From positions 832,001 through 896,000 of the forward strand of contig CAXWPH010000015.1 in NCBI GenBank assembly GCA_963666055.2: 64,000 bases of DNA, given 5' to 3'. The position numbers were made by a program, and so were the translations under genes. The DNA is from Acidobacteriota bacterium (GTDB lineage: Bacteria; Acidobacteriota; UBA890; WLXD01). The notes under the pieces are model-generated. The model was not told the origin of the DNA. It saw nothing but the letters and a program-made list of their open reading frames with translations, and made no database searches. Positions 8,929 through 18,850 of the stretch are shown one piece after another. Position 1 is the first letter of the stretch; each line of letters starts with the position of its first letter.

Positions 8929-10422
8929 TTACTCCGTGGCGCCGAGCTCTCGCAACAGCGTCGCGGCTTTCTCGCGGTTGGTCGCCGTGCTTCCCGGGGC
9001 GCCTCTTCCGGATGTCATCGCCAGCGGCGTTTGGTCGCGCTGGTTCTTCGCGTTCAGCTTCGCGCCCCGGTCGGCGAGCAACTCGATCACAGCCGTGAAC
9101 CCGTTGGCCGCCGCGGCGTGCATCGGAGTGTCGCCGGCCGGGTTGGCTTCGTTCACGTCGGCGCCGGCGTCGAGCAGGATCCCGACGGCCTCGAGCGAGG
9201 CCTCTGCGGAGCGCTCGTAGAAAATATCTCCGAGAACCGTCGGGGTATCGGAGTGATCCAACGGACGGTTGATACGACGTTCGACATAGGTTCCCGCCGC
9301 CACCAGGAGCGGTGTGGTTCCGTTGGGAAGGGCCGTCTTGGCGGCGCCGCTGCGCAGCAGAAGCCGCATGATGTCGCCTTCCAGGTAGTGGGACGCCAGC
9401 ATCAGCGGCGTTGCCCCGGCCCAGGCACTCGAGAGAGCCCAATGCGAAGTGTACCGCCGGATCGGGCTGCCCTTTGTGAGCGGCGCGTTGATGTCGGCCC
9501 CGTGCGCCAGGAGCGCCACGATGGTGTCGAGATCACTTCGGAGAACCGCCGCATGCATTGCCGTGTAACCGCCACCGGCGCTGTGCGGATCCGCCCCGGC
9601 GTCCAGCAGCAGCCTGGCAACGGCTCCCTGACCGGAGAACGCCGCCGCGACCAGCGCCGAGTTGCCGTCTGCTCCGGCGTCGTTGACGTCCGACCCGGCG
9701 TCCAGGAGAAGCCTCGCTGAATCCACATCACCGGACTGGGCTGCGAACAACAACGCCGTGATGCCTCCGCGCTCGATCTCCGTCGCGTCCTCGGCCGCCG
9801 TCCTGGCAGTTCGCCGCCGTCCCAGGTCGAGCATGACGACCTCACGGCGGGTGCGGGTGCGTGCGTGGTTGTCGGCGTCGTGGTCTAGCAGCACGCCGAC
9901 CACCTCCGGGTGGCGCTGCGCCGCGGCCCACATGAGGGCCGTTTGTAGCCGGTCACCGGTGTGGGCGTTTACGTCCGCCTCGAACTCGAGCAACGCCTGT
10001 ACAGCGCCCACACCGCCGACCCGCGCGGCTTGCATCAGCGGCGTGACGCCGGTCTCGCTGGCTACATCGGGATCTGCCCCCGCCTCGAGCAGATGCCTCA
10101 CGATCGCCGCGTTGCCGTTGGTGCTTGCCAGCGCCAGGGGCGTGACCCCCAGATCATTGGCTGCGTTGACGTTGGCGCCGGCGGCGATCAGCCGGTCGAC
10201 CAGCTCCAGATCGTCCTGGTAGGCAGCCCAGTGCAGCGCCGTCGCCCCGTCGGCCTGGGGCGAGCTGACGTCGGCGTCCTGCTGCAGTAGGGCCTGGATG
10301 GCCGCCGCGTTCTTTTCTTTGACGGCGTCGGCGAGCTGCAGCTGGCCGCTCGCGGCGACGCTGTCGGCAGCGAGCAACGCCGCCACCACCCAGGCCGCTG
10401 CGGTCCGGCGGTTGACAGACAT
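8929..10422 (-). CDS. Exported ankyrin-repeat protein
   Basis: Many repeats such as DGATALHWAA, GVTPLALA, GVTPLMQAA, GDTPMHAAA; signal peptide. Confidence 0.93.
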   Translation of the reverse strand: MSVNRRTAAAWVVAALLAADSVAASGQLQLADAVKEKNAAAIQALLQQDADVSSPQADGATALHWAAYQDDLELVDRLIAAGANVNAANDLGVTPLALASTNGNAAIVRHLLEAGADPDVASETGVTPLMQAARVGGVGAVQALLEFEADVNAHTGDRLQTALMWAAAQRHPEVVGVLLDHDADNHARTRTRREVVMLDLGRRRTARTAAEDATEIERGGITALLFAAQSGDVDSARLLLDAGSDVNDAGADGNSALVAAAFSGQGAVARLLLDAGADPHSAGGGYTAMHAAVLRSDLDTIVALLAHGADINAPLTKGSPIRRYTSHWALSSAWAGATPLMLASHYLEGDIMRLLLRSGAAKTALPNGTTPLLVAAGTYVERRINRPLDHSDTPTVLGDIFYERSAEASLEAVGILLDAGADVNEANPAGDTPMHAAAANGFTAVIELLADRGAKLNAKNQRDQTPLAMTSGRGAPGSTATNREKAATLLRELGATE

Positions 10423-10436
10423 TCGCCGGCCCGCGC

Positions 10437-11774
10437 TCAGATTCCGCCGAGGTAGTCGAGCTCGAGACGGGCCGTGCTATTGCCGAAGCTCTCTACCGGT
10501 ACACCCAGTTTGTCAAGCAGCGCGACATGCAAGTTTGCCAGCGGCGTGCCCTCCCCGTAGCGAATGTACTGTCCACCCTCGAGCTGGCCAGCGCCGCCAC
10601 CCGCTAGCACGATCGGTAGATCGTTGACGATGTGGCCGTTGCCGTCGTTCATGCCGGCGCCGAACTTGATGACCACCTGATCCAGCAACGATCCGTCGCC
10701 GTCCGGCGTCGCGGCCAGCTTCTCCAGCAGATGGCTGAACAGCTTCGCATGGTAGCGGTTGATCTGGGCGCACTTGTCCATCTTCTCGGGGTCATTGCGG
10801 TGGTGCGAGATCGGATGGTGCGAGTCAGGTACGCCGATCTCGGGGTAGGTGCGGCCGTTGAACTCCCTTCCCATCATGAACGTGCAGACGCGAGTGATGT
10901 CGGCCTGATAGGCAATTACCTGCAAGTCGAACATCAACCTCGCGTGCTCAGCGTAGTCGCCGGGAACACCGGCCGGCCGGTCGAATGCCGGCAGCTCGAC
11001 ATTCTGCTCGACGGCTCTCTGAATGCGCTGCTCCACCGCGCGCACGCTCTCCAGGTATCCAGTCAGTCGGGATTGGTCGCTCGGACCGACCTTGTTCTTG
11101 AGCAGCGAGACCTCTTCGAGCACCGAATCGAGAATGCTGGTCTTGCGCAGTGCGCTGGCGCGCCGCGCCGCCGGATCGGTAGTGTCTTCGCCGAACAAGC
11201 GCTCGAAGACGGCCGCAGGATCGGTCTCCATCGGTAGCGGCGAAGTGGGTCCCGCCCAGGAAATCGTTCCCGTGTAGATACAGCTTCCATCGTCGCAAGT
11301 CGCCGCGGCATCCACCGTATCCAGGGCGAGCTCGAGCGATGGCAGCTGCGTTGTTCGACCCAGCTCTCGGGCGGCCAGCTGGTCCATCGAGATGCCGGCT
11401 TTGAGCGCACGGCTGGGGTGCACGTTGGTGAGGAACTTCGTGCTCGCCCGCGCGTGAACCGCGGAGGGCGCGCCGGGTGGCCTGACCGGGTCGCTGTCGA
11501 GCCCGCCCAACACCTTCAGTCGATCGCGAAACGGCTCCAGCGGTTTCAACGCGTACGAAAACTCGAAATCGGAGCCCACCGCGGCAGGGAACCACCGATC
11601 CGGAATCACCCCGTTCGGTACGTAGACGGCGCCGAAGCGTTTTATTGCTTTGGCCGGCGTCTGACTGAGAGCGGTCGCCGCCGGCACCATTGCGTCCAGC
11701 AGCGGAAGTGCGACGGCGGCGCCCAACCCTCGTAGCACCGTGCGCCGGGGAATGGCCTTCTTGGCGATGATCAT
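10437..11774 (-). CDS. DUF1552 domain protein (Tat-like RR leader)
   Basis: IPRRTVLRGLGAAVALPLLDAM, YVPNG, PAAVFERLFG, DITRV, HHPISHH. Confidence 0.9.
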   Translation of the reverse strand: MIIAKKAIPRRTVLRGLGAAVALPLLDAMVPAATALSQTPAKAIKRFGAVYVPNGVIPDRWFPAAVGSDFEFSYALKPLEPFRDRLKVLGGLDSDPVRPPGAPSAVHARASTKFLTNVHPSRALKAGISMDQLAARELGRTTQLPSLELALDTVDAAATCDDGSCIYTGTISWAGPTSPLPMETDPAAVFERLFGEDTTDPAARRASALRKTSILDSVLEEVSLLKNKVGPSDQSRLTGYLESVRAVEQRIQRAVEQNVELPAFDRPAGVPGDYAEHARLMFDLQVIAYQADITRVCTFMMGREFNGRTYPEIGVPDSHHPISHHRNDPEKMDKCAQINRYHAKLFSHLLEKLAATPDGDGSLLDQVVIKFGAGMNDGNGHIVNDLPIVLAGGGAGQLEGGQYIRYGEGTPLANLHVALLDKLGVPVESFGNSTARLELDYLGGI

Positions 11775-14275
11775 GACGCGGTGCTCTCCATCTGAAGCGG
11801 CGCTTTCCCCATCTGGAATGGGTCGCTGTCGACGATTCCCTGGATGATGGATGACCACCGGTAATCGGTGGCGGCGGCGCGCCGAAGAATCTTGCGAATG
11901 GCGGGATTGTCGTAGTACTCGACCCCTCGCCCGAGGGCGTAGGTCAGTAGCTTTGCCGTAAATGTGCGGACGAAGTTCTCACGGTGATCCGACAAGAGCT
12001 TGCGGATGCCCCCAATGCCATCGATGGGCGTGCCGTCGGCGAATACGGATGATGCATCGATCGGAATTCCGTTGCTCATCGTACGCCAACGGCCCACCGC
12101 GTCGAAGTTCTCGAGTGCGAAGCCCAGCGGGTCCATGCGCACGTGACAGGTGGCGCACTCCGGATTTCTCCGATGTTGCTCCATTTGCTCTCGCATCGAA
12201 AGGACGCGGCCATCACTGGCCGTGGGCTCCAAATCCGGCACGCTCTCTGGTGGTGGGGGGGGTGGCATGCCGAGGATGTTCTCGAGCATCCAGCGCCCGC
12301 GCACGACCGGCGCGGTGCGATCCGGATAGGAAGTCACCATGAGGATGCTCCCTTGGCCTAGAAGACCGCCGCGCACGCCATCGTCGAGCGTCACGCGCCG
12401 AAAGCGCTCGCCCTTGATACCCGGAATGCCGTAGTGCTGGGCCAGTCGCTCGTTGACGAATGTGTAGTCGGCGGTCAACAGGTCCAACACGCTGCGGTCT
12501 TCGCGTAGCTGGCTGTCGATGAAGAGCTCAGTCTCCGTCAGGAAAGCGTGCCGCAGGTTCTCGTCGAACTCGAAGAACAGGTCCGGATCGGGCCGCCATG
12601 CAAGAGCCTTCCCGAAGCCGAGCCACTGACTTGCGAAGTCCTCCACGAGCATCCTCGAGCGCGTGTCGGCCAACATGCGGCGTACCTGGCTTTCGAGAAC
12701 TGCTGGCTGACTGAGCTCGCCGCGAGTCGCCAGATCGAGAAGCTCCTCGTCCGGGATGCTGCTCCACAAGAAGAAAGACAGCCGCGAGGCCAGGTCTAGG
12801 TCAGTGAGCCGATACGCTCCTCCGGGAGCAGCGCCGGGTGGGGGGGTGTCGACCCGCAGCAGGAAGTTGACGCTGACCAGCAGTCGCTCGATGGCCGCCT
12901 GGATTCCCGCATCGAACCCCCCGGTGCTGCGGCCGGTGTCGTAGAAGTCGACAAGCGTCTGGAGTTCCGCGTCCGTGACCGGTCGGCGATAGGCGCGTCG
13001 AGCGAGCCTCGACAAGATCTTCTGGGCACAGGGCGCTTCGTCGGCCGGGGTCGTCGGGCGGCACACGAACACCAGGCGGCGGCTGGGCGTATCCCCCGGT
13101 CCCTCGGCGAGGTACGGACCGGCGATGCCGACGCTCTCGACGGCGGCCAAGCCGTCGTACAGCTGATCCGACATGAACCCGAAGCCGAGGCTCCGCGGCT
13201 GCAACGCTTCCTCGAGCTCGCGCGGCTGCTGAACGAACGAGACCGACACCGTTCGCGCACCGGCCCGCACCGGCACGCGCGCCTGCAGGGCAGCGTCGGC
13301 GGAGTGCATGTAGTTTTCCCACTCGATGTCCCCACGGATTTCCCCGGCCCAGGTCAATGGGGCGGCGAGACCCTTTTCTCGTCCCTCGCCGCCCACCGTG
13401 AAGCGCGCAACGCGCTTCCCGTCGATGCGTACGTCAATTTGCTGGGCATCACGCAGGCCGACGATGTAGGAGTAGATCTGACGTCTCAGTAGCACCTTGA
13501 TGACGTACTCGCCATCGAGCTCGAAGTTGTGGCGAACGGCCAAACCGCCGCGCGATCCGAAGGGCTGGTCCTCGCTGATGCGAACGTCCTGATTCAGGAA
13601 CACGGGCAGCTGATGGAGCTTGGAGCTCGGAACAGCCCCCATCGTCGGGTCGCCCACCGCGAGGCGGCTGATCGATCGGGCCGCAGACAGGTAGCGTTCC
13701 AGATGCGCCGGCGAGATCGTCAGGCTCTCCGCAATATTGTCGAAACCCTCGTCGGCCTCGTCGGACAAGAGGAGTGATGTTGCGTCGATCTCCACTGCCA
13801 GCAGGTCGCGGATGGCGTTGGTGTATTCCGTCCGGTTCATCCGATGAATGCCAACCCGACCCGGGTTGGGATTCGCCGCGGCCGCTTCATCCAGCTCCGC
13901 TTCCAGCCACGCCAGCATGGCGCTCAAGGTCGCTTTGTCGGGTCGCGGCATCTCCGGCGGGGGCATCTGCCCCGTACGAACCATGTGCCACACCTTCTCC
14001 CACACCTCGGGGTCCTGATCCACACCCTCGAGGTCGATCCCTTCGAGCGTCAGCCCACCCGTGAGCAGTTCCTGGTTGTGGCAAAACACGCAATAAGCGT
14101 CGATGGTCTCGGCTGGCGAAACCGCCGTCGACGCGACGGGACTCGTCGAGGACCGCGGTGGCGGCGCGAGTGTCTGCGGTAGCGCGGCGGTCGGGTTCGT
14201 TGCCTGGCTCGCAGCCTGCGTGTGGAAGAACAACAGCGGCACCATGAAGAGCATCAACAGCTTCGCGCTTCTCAT
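11771..14275 (-). CDS. DUF1592/1588/1595/1587/1585 (PSD) domain c-type cytochrome protein
   Basis: CVFCH, HRMNRTEYTNAIRDLL, LASRLSFFLWSSIPD, CATCH, GFALENFDAVGRWR; GGAGG RBS before ATG 14275. Confidence 0.9.
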   Translation of the reverse strand: MRSAKLLMLFMVPLLFFHTQAASQATNPTAALPQTLAPPPRSSTSPVASTAVSPAETIDAYCVFCHNQELLTGGLTLEGIDLEGVDQDPEVWEKVWHMVRTGQMPPPEMPRPDKATLSAMLAWLEAELDEAAAANPNPGRVGIHRMNRTEYTNAIRDLLAVEIDATSLLLSDEADEGFDNIAESLTISPAHLERYLSAARSISRLAVGDPTMGAVPSSKLHQLPVFLNQDVRISEDQPFGSRGGLAVRHNFELDGEYVIKVLLRRQIYSYIVGLRDAQQIDVRIDGKRVARFTVGGEGREKGLAAPLTWAGEIRGDIEWENYMHSADAALQARVPVRAGARTVSVSFVQQPRELEEALQPRSLGFGFMSDQLYDGLAAVESVGIAGPYLAEGPGDTPSRRLVFVCRPTTPADEAPCAQKILSRLARRAYRRPVTDAELQTLVDFYDTGRSTGGFDAGIQAAIERLLVSVNFLLRVDTPPPGAAPGGAYRLTDLDLASRLSFFLWSSIPDEELLDLATRGELSQPAVLESQVRRMLADTRSRMLVEDFASQWLGFGKALAWRPDPDLFFEFDENLRHAFLTETELFIDSQLREDRSVLDLLTADYTFVNERLAQHYGIPGIKGERFRRVTLDDGVRGGLLGQGSILMVTSYPDRTAPVVRGRWMLENILGMPPPPPPESVPDLEPTASDGRVLSMREQMEQHRRNPECATCHVRMDPLGFALENFDAVGRWRTMSNGIPIDASSVFADGTPIDGIGGIRKLLSDHRENFVRTFTAKLLTYALGRGVEYYDNPAIRKILRRAAATDYRWSSIIQGIVDSDPFQMGKAPLQMESTAS

Positions 14276-14504
14276 GATCGGTGTCCTCCGCCCCGAGGCA
14301 CGTCGAGTGTTGCCCAAGACAGCATACCCTTGCGCCGACAACAGGATAGAAGCATGACTCGAGGAATCCAACTGATGGTCAACACCGACCACCGAACCGC
14401 TCTGTCTCGCCGCGTCTTTGATTCTGGCCGGCCTCGCCACCCAGCAAGCAGCGAGTCGGCGGACTCGGCAGGTAACGTCTCCGTGCAGCCCATTCCGCGG
14501 CGCT

Positions 14505-15506
14505 TCAGGGCGAGCACCAGGCGGGCCCCGATTCTGCCGCTTCGTGGCTCGTCAATCGGATCTGGTTACCACCATCTGCATCCATCACGTAGATCTCGTT
14601 GTTGCCGTCCCGGTCGGCAACGAATGCGATCTTGGCACCGTCCGGTGACCAGGCGGCGAATTCGTTCGAACGCGGGTCCCTGCTCAGGTTGGTAACGCTC
14701 TGGTCGGCCAAGCTCACCGACAGGATGTCGGCCCAGCCCTCCAAGGTGGAGTCGAAGACGATGCTCGATCCGGTTGGAGACCACGCCGGATAACCATTGT
14801 AGGCGTCCAATTGCGTCAACTGATTGGGATCGGAACCATCGGCGTTGAACGTCCAGATTTGCAATCTTCCGGCCTCGCCCCACTCGGTCGTGATGGTTTC
14901 CCCCAGCTGCCCCCCCTCGGCCGCCAGCTTGCGCCCGTCTGGTGACCACGTCGGGGAAAGAAAGTTGTAGCCGGCAATGTTCGTCACCTGGAGCTCGTTC
15001 GATCCGTCGGGCTGGATCGTGAAGAGGTTCGACGGCGTTGCGTTACCGCCGGAGCTGAACGCAATCTTGCTGCCGTTTGGTGACCAGGAGGGCGAGTTGT
15101 TGTCGTGGTCGTTGTGAGTGAGGCGCGTTACGTCGCTGCCGTCGACGTCCATCAGATACAGCTGCTTCCTTCCTTCTCTGTCTGATGAGAAGACGATCCG
15201 GGAGCCATCGGGGGAGCAGTAGGGAAGGGCGTCGCTAGCAGGGTTGTCGGTGAGCCTCGTGAGCCCGGAGCCATCCTGGTTCATGAGGTAGATCTCAGAA
15301 TTGCCGTCACGCTCGGAGCTGAAGACGATTTTGTAATCTCGATCCTGAGGCTCGAAGTTGGCGTACAGATTCGAGGTTCCGGTATCGGAGGTCGATGGAG
15401 GCTCGGCAGGGCCGCAGCCGGCGGCCACGAACAGCGCCACGGCAACCGGGCCGATGATGCGCCGGGCGTGCTCAGCGTAGCGGCCTGGTCGGGTGCCGGG
15501 GTTCAC
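14505..15506 (-). CDS. TolB-like PD40 repeat lipoprotein
   Basis: Lipobox VAAGC; repeated WSPDG/WSPNG blades, [12 protein letters not shown]. Confidence 0.9.
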   Translation of the reverse strand: MNPGTRPGRYAEHARRIIGPVAVALFVAAGCGPAEPPSTSDTGTSNLYANFEPQDRDYKIVFSSERDGNSEIYLMNQDGSGLTRLTDNPASDALPYCSPDGSRIVFSSDREGRKQLYLMDVDGSDVTRLTHNDHDNNSPSWSPNGSKIAFSSGGNATPSNLFTIQPDGSNELQVTNIAGYNFLSPTWSPDGRKLAAEGGQLGETITTEWGEAGRLQIWTFNADGSDPNQLTQLDAYNGYPAWSPTGSSIVFDSTLEGWADILSVSLADQSVTNLSRDPRSNEFAAWSPDGAKIAFVADRDGNNEIYVMDADGGNQIRLTSHEAAESGPAWCSP

Positions 15507-15515
15507 GGTCTTGTC

Positions 15516-16406
15516 CTACCTGAGGTGTTCGTTGAAGAAGGCGATCGTGCGTTCTTCAGCCAGCTTCGCCGCCGACGGATCGAACCGCGGCGTGGTGTCG
15601 TTGTGGAAACCGTGGTTGACGTTGTCGTACATGTGCATCGTGTACCTCTTGCCATGCGCGTCCAGGGCTTCCTCGAAGGCCGGCCAGCCGGCGTTGACAC
15701 GTTCGTCCAGGCCGGCGTACTGGATCATCAGCGGGGCCTCGATCTTGGCAACATCCTCCGCAGCGGGCTGGGAGCCGTAGAACGGCACCCCCGCCCCCAG
15801 GTTCGGGAGGCGCGTCGCCAGGTAGTTGACGACGCCTCCGCCGAAGCAGAAGCCGACGGCGCCGACGCGGCCGGTGGAGCCCTCGTCGGCCATGAGGAGC
15901 TCGGCTGCAGCCACGAAATCTTCCATCATCTCGTCGCGATCGCGCTGACGCTGTAGGGCGCGGCCGTCGTCGTCGTTGCCCGGGTAGCCGCCGAGAGGGA
16001 ACAGGGCGTCGGGGCCGAACGCCAGGAAGTCGGCCACTGCGAAGCGGCGCACGACGTCCTCGACATAGGGGTTCAGCCCGCGGTTCTCGTGAATGACCAG
16101 AACTGCCGGCTTCCTACCTTCCCCGGCCGGTCGTGCCATGTAGCCACGCATGGTGCCAGCGCCCTTGGGCGACGAGTACTCGACGTACTCCGCGTGGATG
16201 CGCTCGTCGGTCGGCGCCACCTGCTGTGCCTGGGCGTAGCGGGGGCTCAAACTACTGAGCATGGCCATCGCCGTCATGCTTCCGACCGCGAACTTGCCGG
16301 CGCCCTCGAGGAAGGCGCGGCGGTCGATGATGCCGTGGACGTAGCGATCGAACAGGGTGAGAACTTCCTTCGGGAAGTCGTTGGCGGTAGGTCGTCTGCT
16401 GCTCAT
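15516..16406 (-). CDS. Dienelactone hydrolase family protein (YghX-like)
   Basis: [26 protein letters not shown] nucleophile, [10 protein letters not shown]. Confidence 0.92.
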   Translation of the reverse strand: MSSRRPTANDFPKEVLTLFDRYVHGIIDRRAFLEGAGKFAVGSMTAMAMLSSLSPRYAQAQQVAPTDERIHAEYVEYSSPKGAGTMRGYMARPAGEGRKPAVLVIHENRGLNPYVEDVVRRFAVADFLAFGPDALFPLGGYPGNDDDGRALQRQRDRDEMMEDFVAAAELLMADEGSTGRVGAVGFCFGGGVVNYLATRLPNLGAGVPFYGSQPAAEDVAKIEAPLMIQYAGLDERVNAGWPAFEEALDAHGKRYTMHMYDNVNHGFHNDTTPRFDPSAAKLAEERTIAFFNEHLR

Positions 16407-16564
16407 CAGGCGCTCTCCTCGATACTGGTAGAGGTCTCAGCCGCCGACGATCGACTCGAGTTGACAGCTCCCGGCTACCGGCCCAGGATCACTCGGTCGC
16501 TCGCCCCGGCACCGAACGGTATCCCAAGACTCGACCAAACTGCCAACCAGGAGTTGCACGGATC

Positions 16565-17125
16565 ATGCGCACCGCCCTGCCGGCGCTGGTCAGCGCTGGC
16601 GCTGCGATACTCGTCTTTGCGACGCAGGGGAGCGATACCCGCGTCGCCGTCGAGCTGGTCACCCACAGCTCGGTCGTCATCGATCGTCCAGCATCCGAAG
16701 TCTGGCCCCACATCGTCGACCCGAGTGCCTGGAAAGAAACGCTCCCCCTGCGCCACCACGCCGGAGAGCCGGGCGCTGTCGGAGAGGTCTTCGCTGCGTT
16801 CGACCCCAGGGCTCCGGACACCATCGAGTATCTGGTCAAGAACGTCGAGCTCGTCCCCAACGAGCGCCGCACCATCAAGCTCACCCTGCCCGGGCATGGG
16901 GCCTTGATCGGGTACGCCACCTGGACTTTGGCCGCACATGATGGCCACACCCTGGTGACCTACGACGTCTACACGGAGACGTTGCTAACGCCCGAAGAGG
17001 GGTCTCGGCTGACGCCGGAGCAGCTCGCCGAGATGACGCGCCAAGGGTACGAGGCCAACAAGCCCCGTTTCGACCGGGAGTTGGTGGCGTTGAAGACGAT
17101 CGTCGAGGGGCCTCGAAGTAGGTAA
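16565..17125 (+). CDS. SRPBCC/START-fold protein, exported
   Basis: SSVVIDRPASEVWPHI...LVALKTIVE pattern; hydrophobic N-terminus. Confidence 0.7.
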   Translation: MRTALPALVSAGAAILVFATQGSDTRVAVELVTHSSVVIDRPASEVWPHIVDPSAWKETLPLRHHAGEPGAVGEVFAAFDPRAPDTIEYLVKNVELVPNERRTIKLTLPGHGALIGYATWTLAAHDGHTLVTYDVYTETLLTPEEGSRLTPEQLAEMTRQGYEANKPRFDRELVALKTIVEGPRSR

Positions 17126-17155
17126 CGCCCTGCGGTCCACCAACGGAGGAACCCG

Positions 17156-17929
17156 ATGCCACAGACCGTCTTGATAAGCCTGTTGCTGCTCGCCGCTGTT
17201 AGCGCAGTGTCCCAGCCGCAGCCGGAGACCGGCTTCCTGAATCGTTCGGTGCACGTGAATGGCATGGAGTATCCGTATCAGGTGTATGTTCCCTCCGGTT
17301 ACGAGTCGCGTACCGACTGGCCGGTGATTCTGTTTCTGCACGGCGCGGGAGAGCGCGGCAGCGACGGTCTGGCGCAGACCGAGGTGGGTATCGGAAGCGC
17401 GATCCGCCGCGATCCTGGCCTGTATCGGGCCGTAGTGGTGTTCCCCCAGGTGCCGGACGACAGGCGGTGGCCGGGCGAAGCGGCCGAGGCCGCGGTGACG
17501 GCTCTCGATGCGACGCTAGAGGAGTACGCCGTCGATCGCGACCGCGTCTACTTGACCGGGCTGTCGCTCGGGGGCAACGGCACCTGGTACGTGGCGTATC
17601 AGCATCCCGAGAAGTTTGCCGCCATCGTGCCCATATGCGGCTGGGTGACCGGCCGCGAGCAAGCTCCGGACTGGATGGATGCCGCCAGCCCTCGCGAGGC
17701 CGTCACCGCGGTGGCCGAGCGGCTCCAAGGGCTGCCGATCTGGGTTTTCCACGGTGAGATCGACACCGTGGTCCCGGTGGAGGGCTCACGCACTGTCGTG
17801 CAGGCGCTACGCGAGTTGGGCGCCGACGTGCGCTATACGGAGCTGCCGGGCACGGGCCACAACGCTTGGGACCCGGCCTATCGCTCCCCCGACCTGGCCG
17901 CCTGGCTTCTGTCACAGAAACGACGATGA
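17156..17929 (+). CDS. Exported alpha/beta hydrolase (carboxylesterase/peptidase)
   Basis: LFLHGAGERG, GLSLGG, HGEID, GHNAW. Confidence 0.88.
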   Translation: MPQTVLISLLLLAAVSAVSQPQPETGFLNRSVHVNGMEYPYQVYVPSGYESRTDWPVILFLHGAGERGSDGLAQTEVGIGSAIRRDPGLYRAVVVFPQVPDDRRWPGEAAEAAVTALDATLEEYAVDRDRVYLTGLSLGGNGTWYVAYQHPEKFAAIVPICGWVTGREQAPDWMDAASPREAVTAVAERLQGLPIWVFHGEIDTVVPVEGSRTVVQALRELGADVRYTELPGTGHNAWDPAYRSPDLAAWLLSQKRR

Positions 17930-18819
17930 CGATTGGGTTCATTGGCCTGGGGAATATGGGCAACCCCATGGCTGCCAACTTGATCAAGGCCGGCTTTGCG
18001 TTGACGGTGCATGACCTAAATCAGTCAGCCGCCGATAATCTGCTGGCGGGTGGCGCAAAGTGGGCCGACAGCCCGCGCCAGTTGGCCCAAGCCGCGGACA
18101 CGATCCTCTGTTCGCTCCCCGGTCCGCCGCAGGTCGAAGCGGTGATGCTGGGTGACGAGGGGGTTCTTGCCGGCGCCCGCTCAGGCAGTACGTGGATCGA
18201 TCTGAGCACCAACTCGCCCGAGTTGTTGAAGCGCCTGGCGGCCCTGGCCGTCGAGCAGGGAGTGGACACTCTGGACGCCCCTGTTACCGGGGCGGTGGAT
18301 GGTGCCCAGGCTGGTCGGTCGGTTTACTTTGTCGGCGGCGAGCGGGACGTTTTCGAGCGACAGCTACCGGTATTCGAAGCGATGGGGGAGAAAGTCTTCT
18401 ATGCCGGCCCACTGGGTGCCGGGTTGGCGGCCAAGCTGTTGACCAACCTGCTGTGGTTTATCAATGCGGTGGCGATTGGCGAAGGCTTGATGCTGGGTGT
18501 CAGGGCTGGCATCGGGCTACCGACAGTATGGGAGATCATCAAGTCGAGCGCCGGCAACAGCTGGGTGGCTGAACACGACGTCCCGTCGATATTTCGAGGC
18601 GACTATGATCCGTCGTTCACTCTCGATCTGTGCTGTAAGGACCTGCACTTGATCAACGACCTCGGCCGTGAGTTGGACGTACCGCTGGAGCTCGGAACGT
18701 TGGTCGAGCAGGTCTTCCGGCGTGCCAAATCCCAATACGGTGGCGAGCAGGCTGAGCTGCATGTGGTGAAGCTCTTGGAGGATCTTCTCGGCACCGAGCT
18801 ACGTGCACCCGGCTTTTGA
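17926..18819 (+). CDS. 3-hydroxyisobutyrate dehydrogenase-family NAD(P)-dependent oxidoreductase
   Basis: IGFIGLGNMG, LDAPVTG, AKLLTN, KDL; ATGA overlap with upstream gene. Confidence 0.92.
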   Translation: MTIGFIGLGNMGNPMAANLIKAGFALTVHDLNQSAADNLLAGGAKWADSPRQLAQAADTILCSLPGPPQVEAVMLGDEGVLAGARSGSTWIDLSTNSPELLKRLAALAVEQGVDTLDAPVTGAVDGAQAGRSVYFVGGERDVFERQLPVFEAMGEKVFYAGPLGAGLAAKLLTNLLWFINAVAIGEGLMLGVRAGIGLPTVWEIIKSSAGNSWVAEHDVPSIFRGDYDPSFTLDLCCKDLHLINDLGRELDVPLELGTLVEQVFRRAKSQYGGEQAELHVVKLLEDLLGTELRAPGF

Positions 18820-18823
18820 CGGC

Positions 18824-18850
18824 CGCCACGCTTCCACCCCAGCCTGCTAG
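18824..18850. repeat. Solo MITE end, type A
   Basis: CGCCACGCTTCCACCCCAGCCTGCTAG matches the MITE right TIR (58295-58321) at 23 of 27 positions. Confidence 0.7.

Noticed and set aside
8840-9442. Long N-terminal extension of the propeller ORF
   Set aside because: Overlaps the ankyrin gene in another frame; a signal peptide begins at 8839
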